This document shows, piece after piece, positions 54,645 to 64,000 of a stretch of 64,000 bases of DNA. The notes under the pieces are model-generated. The model was not told where the DNA came from. It ran no database searches and was given only the letters and a program-made list of their open reading frames with translations. Position 1 is the stretch's first letter; every line of letters begins with the position of its first letter. The DNA comes from Hypanus sabinus (Eukaryota). The translations under genes were made by a program, and so were the position numbers. Location: NCBI RefSeq assembly GCF_030144855.1, contig NC_082708.1, positions 65,410,001 to 65,474,000 of the forward strand, read 5' to 3'.

Positions 54645-55669
54645 TTTATTTTCATGTGAGTTTTGATTATCAACTAATATCTGATGTAAGGTGCCTGGTT
54701 CTTCCTCCTGCTTCCTGTACTTTTTTTTGTTTCTGTTGAATCTATTCAGATAATGCCACCTTATATACAAGTGCTACTGAAATATATTTTTTTAATCTTA
54801 AGTGGTGGATTTCTTCCTATATAGTTCACAGTAGCTTCAATTGTTCCTCCCTCTTTACTGTAGTTATGACCTTAACCATTTTTTCCTCTCTTCAGTTTGG
54901 AATTATAATAAGGTATATATTTGGGGACGGACCACTGATGGAAGCCTGAGTACTGATATCTACGTAACCGGAAGATGTAATTGGGATGAATGTGCTGCAG
55001 GGACAATCAGTGCAGACTAAGTTGGAAAAATTCACATTTGGCATCTTAGTGGGATTTGCGAAGTGGTAACTTCATGAAATACCGCCACCTAGTGCAGTGG
55101 TTTGTGTGAAGCAGTACAGAATCACAGGAGGAGATTCAAGTTTCAGATACCATCGAGGGGTTGCTAAAACAAGGTGTGATCAGGCATGCAACCTCACGGT
55201 ATAACAGTCCTGTTCAGCCATTAAAGGGATCAGGCAGCTCCAGTCACTGATAAGCTGAAGTCCAGGGGTGCAGAGCAGTTGCCCTGAACCCAGTCACAGA
55301 ACAGTTCTGCAGCAGCAGGGAGGGTGTGCTTCCAGCCAGCTAGCTGAAATCGTGGCACGAGTTGCCTCTGCCACCTGAAATGGATCAGCTGCACATACAG
55401 TATATTCAGTCTCTTGGGCAGTGGCAAGTGGGAAGGATGTGTGGATGATAGGGTAGCTGATACAGGAGAAACCCCTGTGTTAGCAGCCACTCTCACAACA
55501 GATCTGGGAAGCAGCCCAATGATTGGAGATTATTGCTTTCCATGTAGACACCCAACAGAAAGACTCCTTGCTGTCTATCACTTTTAATAATAAAGTGGAC
55601 CAGTTAGAGTGAGTAGATCTCTAGCATTCTGGAATCCCATGTGGTGGGACAATGGGCATATAACATATT

Positions 55670-58600
55670 AATGCCACCTTTGTATGTGGTTGCATCAGGT
55701 TGTGCATTGGAACCTAAATATGTGGGCACTAAATACCAGTATGTGCCGAGATTCTATCTATCCCTGATGGGGCCTAGGTGTGCAACAAGAATTAGCTGGA
55801 GCGAGCTGGGGAGGTAAAATAGAAATTGGGACTGTAGGGAGGGTGCCCCTAACAGTAACCAGGAAGAGCCTAGTCATCAGATGTGAGGTGCTCTCAGGAC
55901 TGCTGTACTTGGTGCAGGTGTGACCCGTCCCTGACTCCTCCAGTTTGGCAATCACCCAAGCTGTCTTCAGATTCATCTGGGGATCTAAGAGGGGATCAGA
56001 TTGGTCACAATGCAAAACTTCCTGGATAAAGGGGCAAAAACATACCCAATATTGCCCTCACCCTGATGACCACTTTCCTGTGTGGCTTCATCAGGCTGTT
56101 CATGGAACCTAAATACATGGGCACCAAGTACTACACCATGCCGAGTTTCTATCTGTCCCCTGTGTTGAGAAGGATGGGTCTGGGTAGGGAGCCACACCAC
56201 ATCCCATCAGATAGTTGAGGCCGCACTACCTGTCCTTGGTGGAAAAATTCTTCTAGACCAGTGTTTCCCAAGCTTTTTCACTCAACCCCCCCCCCCCCCC
56301 CAAAGCACCTTCATACTTGCCAACTACTCTCTTAGGTACAATATACTTTCCGGAACCCCCACAGTGTAAAAACGTGTACCATATGCTTTCATGAGAAAAA
56401 AGATTCCCCTTTAAATTTTTATTTGTCTTTAAACCTAGCTTACATAGTACCTGTGTGCTGTACAGCAGCTTCAATATCAATGTGATCCTTGAGCTTGATG
56501 GTTTTAGTAAGAGTTGAAGTTGTGACAGCAAAAGCCTTAAGACCCCACGCATAACAATGTCCAAGCAGTTTCTGTCTTTGTGAGAATGTGGTTCACTGCA
56601 CTGAAGCCTCTTTCAACTGGGTAGAAGGATGGAAATGCAATGAAGGGCAGTTTGGTTCTTCTCCAAAGACCAGGAAATTTTGTATGACAGTATAGCCACA
56701 TACCCCAAAGGCTAACATTTTTGAAAAGCATTTTTTTTACTTCATCATTTTGAATTTTGATATTTATTTTCTTGCAAGCTCTCTTCCTGTTGCACACCTT
56801 GTAATGCAAGGGGTTTATTATCCATTCCAGGATTTCCAGATCATTCAGATCCTTGAATTGATTCTAAAGTCCTTCAGTGACTAGGTGTAAGCAGTATTCT
56901 TGCAAATCACCATCTCTGAAAGAGGGTGCTATACTTTCCATGCAGGGAAACTGTGAAAACATTGTTCTCCCAATGTTTTGCTTGCATATTTCCAATTTTC
57001 CAATAAAAGTGGACAACTCACTTTTTGCCTGGATTAAATTGAAATTCTCACCCTGCAGTTTCATATTTAGAATGTGCATTTTGTCATACAGATCGGCTGA
57101 GTGTGCCACATCTGCACATCGAAGTTCAATCTTCTTTCCCATGCTTTTGTCGACATTAAGCAAAGATTCAATCAATATTTTAAAAAATCAAAGAAATTTT
57201 TAAGGAGCAGCCTTTTGACAGCCATCACACTTCATTGTGAAGTAGTTATCTTGGAATAACTGGTGAAATATTCTGCTATTTAATGGATGAACTTCAATTT
57301 TGTTGCTAGCAGATATTACAAGAGTCTTGCTTGACGAAAGTCACTAGCTTAGGTTTTTGACTGCAAAATGTTGACAATGAATTCCACAATGGATTGCAAA
57401 CAGACTTGGAATTTCTTTTTCATTAATGCCACTAAACCAGCAAGGTGAACTGTCATATATGGTGCTCCATTTGTTGCACAGGAGATTACATTCCTAATTG
57501 GAATACTTTTATCCTCAATATACATTGTGAGCTCAACATAGATTGATTCTCCATTGATTTATTTTTAACTTTTTACATTTTTGATAAATCGTACATATGC
57601 CATTAGCAATGCCTTGTTGTCTTACACAGTTGACTCATCCAGTTGTATCCCAAATTCTGTTTTTGTAGCTCTGTGCATAGTTGATGATCAATATCTTCAC
57701 TCATTTCATGAGTACAATGAGCTACAATGTTATTACTCAGGAGTAGTAATACAAACTGGGAATGCCTATCGGATGTTGACGATGACAGCAAGTTGACACG
57801 AATGGGATGATGGTAGTGGCATGCAAAGGAATGGCAAGGTAAAAATGAAGACAATCACATCAGCACAAATTATGTTTATGAAGATTCAGATTGGAATCTG
57901 AATGTCGGGATAGAGCTAGTGTTCGGCAAGCTACCTTTATACTATTCCAGTTAGCACGATTAACCAATCATGTATGGTCTCATGATCCCCAAAGATATCC
58001 CTTGCATATGAAGCTAAGGTCACTTTGAACACCTCAAGAGGAATCCTCGAGGTTGGCAGGTTCACTGGCTCTGTTTCACCATTTGGTTTTTGTGGAGAAA
58101 GTTGAGACTGTAGAAAAAGTTGAGAGGGTGTACTTGACTTACCAACTGTTAAATTGCATTAATTTATTCTGTGCCATGAGTCTATGGGAAGTTTTGGGCA
58201 TCCCGAGTAATGTCTGGTTGGTAAGATTGGATGAGACTGCTGAGTTTCAGATGTGTTGTGATGATAAATGCTCACTCTCTGCAGAACTATGGTTCTTCCT
58301 GTGTTCCAGTGCCTCATCATTTTTTTTTTGGGAAGTGCTTGCTCAGGTCTCATGCCTCAAGTTAGGTTGCTGCTTTCCCTCCCCCCCCCCCCCCCAAGAA
58401 TCTTGAATGTTCCACCCCCCCAATTTCTGTTTTCCCCTAATGCCCCTTAGGACACATAACCACCCTCTTTGGAATCATTGTTCTAGCCCAACACCTTTGA
58501 CCGCTAGTCCATCAGGCAGTGGTCAGCATGAAATGTCCTGCAGACACTACAGCAGAAGGACTCGAAGGACACCGTGGAGTGGTTTGCTGAGCAGAATATC

Positions 58601-60010
58601 TAGGTAATCTGACAAAATGCCTCACCAGGTCTCACCAACACACATCAAGACCTTGCCTGTGAGGGCCCCCAGTCAGCTCCTTCCTGCATATCCAGAACAT
58701 CACTCCTACAATATGTTGTAATGACTGTAGTGGGGGAGAGACAGCAGCTCACCTCATTGTGGACTGTAGGTTTGCGAAGTGGGTGTGGAGAAAGAAGAAA
58801 GGGCTTATGTCACAGTTCATTCCAGACAGCTGTGTGACAGGACTCTGAACTATGGGCCATTCTCAGGAACATGCACAGCAACAAACATCAAGTGCTGTTG
58901 GTAGATTATCAACTCGGTGAAAAGCACTCTTTGGTCTGCTTGTCACTTGTTGGTTTACCAACACATCGAGATTTATGTGGAGGAATATTGCTGACAGGCA
59001 TGTTCTAGGCTGCAGGAGTAAGTACTGAGCGACACACTGAAGCTTGCTGCAACCACCACAGGAGCTCAGTGGGGAAGGACCACAGTTGTATGGTTTTTCT
59101 CCTGGAGATGGAGGGGTCAGGGATAGTGAGAAAGCCACTCTATTAGTACTGTAGTGGTGTACCACCCTAGAGTGCCGCATGAGTGGTAGCAGTGCTAAAG
59201 ATGTACATGAATGCAATAGAACAGGACGGAAAGCATTGACTATGAATGAAAAGGCATTGAACAGGTTATTCTGTAAATATTATAATAATTTTGATTTTAA
59301 AATATCTGTCATCTGTTGTGAAGGATGAGTCTAACCCTGTTACCACACAATGTCCCAGTTAGCTGGACGTTGTCATACTACCTGTGTATTGTGGAAAAGT
59401 TTTTCTGGACCAACACCTTTGATCACAAGTGCATGGAATGTCCTGCAGACACTGCAAGAGAAGTACTCAATAGATACAGTGGAGTGGTTTCTTGAACTGA
59501 CTGACCAGACCATCTGGTAGAATGTGTCACTAACAGGGAGACACTAAGATCTTGCCTGGCTGGCAGTGAGATGGGCCTCCAAGACAGATCCCTCCTGCAT
59601 GCACGAAGCATCATTCCTACAGCATGCTGCCTGCAGGATTACGAGTGAGGAAGAGGCTGTAGCTCACCTCTTTGTGGACTGTGGGTTTGCAAAGAGGGTA
59701 TTGAGAAAGATGAAAGAGCCTGTGTGTGTCATGATTCATCCTGAGCAGCTGCATGGCAGGGAACTCTGGTCTACAGCTGTTCCTATGGACACACATGGAT
59801 ACAAACCTCAAGTGCTGTTGGCAGATTATCAACTGAGGGAAAGATTCTGCTTGCTCTGCTGTCACATTGAGATGTCCGTGGAGGAATGTCGCTGACTGGC
59901 ACATTCTGAGCTGCAAGAGTATTTGCTAAGGGACACTCAAAGGCTTGGTGGGGAAGAATCACAGTTAGTGCACTTACCCCACTGGAGAGGTTGGGGGAGG
60001 AACCCCTCAA
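55670..60010 (+). mobile_element. Tx1/L1-clade LINE 3' fragments, repeated and interrupted by a hAT remnant
   Basis: CEVLSGLLYL..AVFRFIWG and EEEAVAHLFVDC zinc-knuckle motifs; internally repeated blocks. Confidence 0.6.
56259..57760 (-). mobile_element. Decayed hAT-Charlie (Buster/ZBED5-like) transposase pseudogene
   Basis: TIR CAGTGTTTCCCAA at 56259 after ttctagac; FIAFPSFYPVERGFSAV (hAT dimerisation motif); LNMKLQG; the other end was not found. Confidence 0.8.
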
Positions 60011-60839
60011 ATATTATTATTATTATATTCCCCCCCAGAGTTCCACACAATGCCAATATGTACCAAGACTTCTGCCTGTTTACCCTCCCACTTTAGAATT
60101 ATATGGACCCAATCCAAGAAGTCCCTGACCCTGGCACCTAGGAGTCAATATATGACTTATCTGTGTATCTCTATCATGCAATATAATCACCCAGTGTGAG
60201 AGATTTCATTAAGAATTAATGAAGAGTTGGGAAAGTAGAATGTAGGCATAAAGATAGGCCATTTGTCCTTTGAGCCTGCTCCACCTTTCAATATAATCAG
60301 TTTCGGCTTACTCTACGTATTCTTTGATCTCTCTACCTCTAAAATAAATAAATAACTCCTCATTGAATACATTTAATGATTTGGCTTCAACTGCATTGCA
60401 GTGGTCGTGATGCCACAGGTTCATAAAATACATTTATTTCTTCTTATTCATAACTGGCTTATCCCTAATCCTTACTGCCATTAGAAACTTACTCTTCCAT
60501 CTAATCTTCCAGTCCAGTTAGAATATTATAGGTTTCCCCGCTCATTTTTGTATCCTGTTAGTTTACTGAGAGTCTAATTAATCAAACCTCCGTACATGTA
60601 TGTCAGTCCTACCATCTGAGGAATCTTCACTGAACTTGCTCCACAACCAGACCCTAACAAAGGTTGTCTTTTCAAGTCTCTACAATTGCAGCAAAATTCC
60701 CTGCTTTGACACTCTCACTGAAGATATAATCAAATGTTTACCTTCAGAAATACGTACAAGACAACCTGGTCCAGTTGCAGCTCCTTTCCCAATCTATTCC
60801 AATTCAGATGTGATTTTTCTGTTATTGCTACTAAAGTTG

Positions 60840-62285
60840 CAGAGATCTTACAATACTAATGTAAGATCACTCTTCTAGAGAATCAATCTGCTAAAAGCAC
60901 CTGGAGTGGATGGTGATCCTGGCTGTGTCTCTAGATCCTGTATAGATCAAGTGACGGAGGCATTTGCAGACATTTTAACCTCTCCCTGCTTCAAGGAGAT
61001 CCCCACCTGCTCTAAGAAGACCACTATCATCCCAGTTCCGAAGAAAACAAGTCATTGTGCCTTAATGACTACAACCTGGGAGCTCTTGACTTCCAGCAGC
61101 ATGAACACAGGAGATTCTCGAGATGCTGGAAATCCAGAACAACACACAAAATACTGCAGGAGTTAAGCAAGTTAGGTAGTTGATGATCATTGATGAAGGG
61201 TAATTTCCAAAGATGCTGCCAGACGTGCTGAGTTGCTCTAGCATTTTGTGTGTTGTCCACCATCATGAAATACTTCGAGAGACTAGTCATGGCACCCATT
61301 AACTCTTGCCTCACAGACAACTTTGACGCATTACACTTTGTTTACTGCTGAAGCAGGTCTATGACAGATACCATCTTCCTGGCCCTTCAACTAATCTTTG
61401 CAGCATCAGGACAGTAAAGGCACTAATGAAAACTATTATTTATTGATTACAGATCCACTTTCAATGCAGAGTCATCGCTGGAGTCCTAAACCTGGGTCTC
61501 AACACCTCCTTTTGCAACCTGATTGTCTTTATTAACAGGCCACAGCAAGGATATGCAACAATACTTTCAATATGATTATCCTTAACACTGGTGCCCAACA
61601 TGGCTATATCCAAGGCTGTGTGTCCAGTTTCTGCTCGAATGATACCACCATTGTGAGTGGAATTCCAAGTGATTTGAGTTGGGGAACAGGAAGGTGATAG
61701 CCTAGTGACATAGTGTCATGACAAGAACCTTCCTCTCAATATCAAAACAAAAGATCTAGTCATTGACTTCAGGAAGGGGATGGAGCTGTGCACATTCTCC
61801 TGCTTATATCAACACTGCTGAGTAAGATTGGTGAGAGCTTACATTTCTTCGGAGTGAACAGCAATAGCCTGTCCCGTAGACATCATGATGAGACAAATAA
61901 AATTTGTCATGTCCCTTGTTGATGCATCAGAGGAAACATCCTATTGGGTAAAGATCCTACCCAACCTGGACATTCCTCTCCCCTCCAATCGGGTAGAAAA
62001 TATGAAAGCACGTATATTGAGGCTCAGTGTCAGCTTCTAACCCACTGTTAGTAAGCTATGGAACAGTTCAATCAGTATAAAATTGACTGGAACTCACAAT
62101 TTGCCTTATTGCAGCCTTCCATTGTATTTTCTATCCGCATACACTTTCCGTGTATCTGCAACATTCTGCATTCTATTATTTACCTTGGGCTACTTAAATA
62201 CGCTATTTGTAATTAAATGATCTTTATGAATAGCATGCAAGACAAGTTTTTCTCTGGGCCCCAGTACCTGTGACAATAATAAATT
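60840..62285 (+). mobile_element. Decayed Rex1/Babar LINE
   Basis: KAPGVDGDPG..FADI..IPTCSKKTTIIPVPKK; 3' tail gtgacaataataaa. Confidence 0.8.
61106..61255. mobile_element. Older fold-back Penelope-derived insertion with degenerate 14-bp TSD
   Basis: tccagcagcatgaa (61092-61105) and tccaccatcatgaa (61256-61269); inverted arms. Confidence 0.7.
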
Positions 62286-62433
62286 TACTGAAGTAGATAA
62301 CCTCACATTTATCCACTTTATTTCCTATATATCATTACCTCTTCCCTCAACCTGTCCTCGGCATTTTTCAAAATGCATCAGTCAACCACGCATATGCAAT
62401 TATTAAATTTAATTCTCTGATCCAAATAATATA

Positions 62434-62954
62434 CACTTGGTGGCCACTTTACTAGGTACACCTGTTCACCTTGTTAATGAAAACATCTAATCAGCCAGTC
62501 ATGTAGCAGCAACTCAATGCATAAAATCTTGCAGACAGGTCAAGAGGTTTAGCTGTTCAGATCAAATATCAGAATGGAGAAGAGATGAGATCTAAGTTAT
62601 TTTGACTGGAATGATTGTTGGTGTTGGACAGGGTGGTCTGACTATCTCAGATACTGCTGATCTGGGATTTTCATGTACAACAGTCTCTATAGAGTTTACA
62701 GAGAATGGTGCGATAAACAAAATCCAGTGAGCGGCAGTTCTTTAGGCGAAAACGCCTTGTTAATGACAAGTCAGAGGATAATGGTCAGACTGATTCAAAC
62801 TGATATGACAGTAACTCAAACAACCACGTGTTACAACAGTGGTGTGCAGAAGAGCGCCTCTGAATGTATAATACATCAAACTGAAGTGGATGGGCTACAG
62901 GAGCAGAAGACCACACTGCGTTCCACACTTGTACATAATGGTGGCCACTCTGTC
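62434..62954 (+). mobile_element. Non-autonomous Tc1 element
   Basis: TA flanks; TIR core GTGGCCACTTTA..AGGTAC at both ends; QRIMVRLIQTD..TVTQTTTCYNSGVQKS is a Tc1 HTH remnant. Confidence 0.8.
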
Positions 62955-63700
62955 TATCGTAAATTACGTCGGAGCAGTGGCGACAGACAAATGACTGATT
63001 CAATAGCTGCTGGCTGCAACTGCAAGAGGGACCCGTTTATTCCTACAACAAACCAGTCGAGCAGCGTCTATGGGAGAAAGGAAATGTCCGTATCCAACAT
63101 CAAGACGAGCTGTTGCAGATTCCCGTCGTCTATCGATTCTCATCCGTTCTTTAATACACGTATTGCTCACTAATCTGACTGCATTTTGCATCGGAACAGT
63201 GGAGAAAAGCAAATAACTGATCTATTATCTATTACATCTACCCGGTTCCTCTTCTTTCCTTACCGCTTTCCATCAGTCTGTAGTGAAAATAGTTGGACGA
63301 TGATTTGTTTTGTATTCGCCACATAAAATAACCACACAGATTAATGTTAATCCACAAGAAAAAGAGACTAATTTGTGGATGTTGACATTTATTACTGGAG
63401 TTGCAGGTAAAAAATATCCTCTGACGGTGGTCCGGTAGACCTTATCGACAAAGTATCATAACTACTGCCTGCAATAACAGAGCATGCATTAAAAGTAATA
63501 CATTTTAATAGTGCCATGTTTACTGGAGTTTCTTGAGCTTATTACGGGACTTTATCAACGCTGAACAGAGGCGAGATGTTTCAGCTGCGAACAGTCGGCT
63601 TGAAACCTACGTGAAATTTTGGGGACCCACAGCACAGGCATTGTTGTAGAGTTTCCGGGTAAAGTGTGTGTGGTGGTGGTGGTGGTGGTGGGGGGGGGGG
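62955..63700. promoter_or_regulatory. CpG-rich unique segment, possible promoter or first exon of the next gene
   Basis: Visible CpG enrichment, no recognisable repeat, TTCCGG near 63653; gene not identified. Confidence 0.35.
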
Positions 63701-63784
63701 GGGGAAGAGACACGCATTTTTGCAGGTGAAAATTCTTGCCTCTAATAGCGACTTCCTACTAAATTGTTTTTTTTTACAATTTTC

Positions 63785-63895
63785 AAGACCAGCAGTTTAT
63801 GGGTTAGTAGGTTAATTAGTCATATGCGTGTAATTGTGGACAGCGCGGGCTCCTTGGGCCGAAAAAGCCTGTTAACGTGCGGTATCCATAAATAA
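63785..63895 (+). repeat. SINE 3' fragment (V-SINE/CR1-type tail)
   Basis: gggttagtaggttaatt...gggccgaaaaagcctgtt...gcggtatc. Confidence 0.5.
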
Positions 63896-64000
63896 CTCCG
63901 GCTGTCGTGAATATGAAAGGGGAAAACGTGGGAGAGTGAAAATGAATTAATATTATTTCAGGTTGAATATATTTCTTCAGAATTGGGGAAGAGAGAAAAC

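Noticed and set aside
62673-63173. 166-aa ORF as a new gene
   Set aside because: The N-terminal part is frameshifted Tc1 transposase; the rest is read-through into flanking DNA.
63070-63216. 48-aa ORF MGERKCPY... with a mildly hydrophobic stretch
   Set aside because: No strong donor before the stop and no recognisable homologue.

Overview
AT-rich, transposon-dense vertebrate genomic DNA. The repeat landscape (V-SINE/HE1-like and Deu-type SINEs, CR1, Rex/Babar, Penelope) points to a cartilaginous fish, probably a ray; that assignment is inference. Two complete spliced genes lie on the + strand in the same order as in human: EED (PRC2 WD40 subunit, 12 coding exons, 2788-33258, 434 aa) and HIKESHI (Hsp70 nuclear import carrier, 5 coding exons, 41613-51908, 197 aa). 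I checked every exon boundary and phase by hand. EED intron 4 has a U12-type (minor spliceosome) donor, and the HIKESHI 5' region has a perfect heat-shock element. The rest is mostly nested, decayed transposons, with one 132-nt N gap. Best second-look items: (1) a Tigger-type DNA transposon carrying an ITS2-28S rDNA fragment; (2) a 170-bp TG..CA element with a 4-bp TSD that is mostly a perfect 63-bp hairpin, upstream of EED; (3) Penelope-derived short repeats with a minimal hammerhead-ribozyme consensus, three of them inserted as fold-backs with 14-15-bp TSDs; (4) a possible HDV-like ribozyme in an RTE-derived repeat; (5) MITEs closely resembling mammalian MER2. I found no convincing new protein-coding system. 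Repeat family names are from recognition or memory, not database searches. Repeat boundaries without a stated TSD are approximate.
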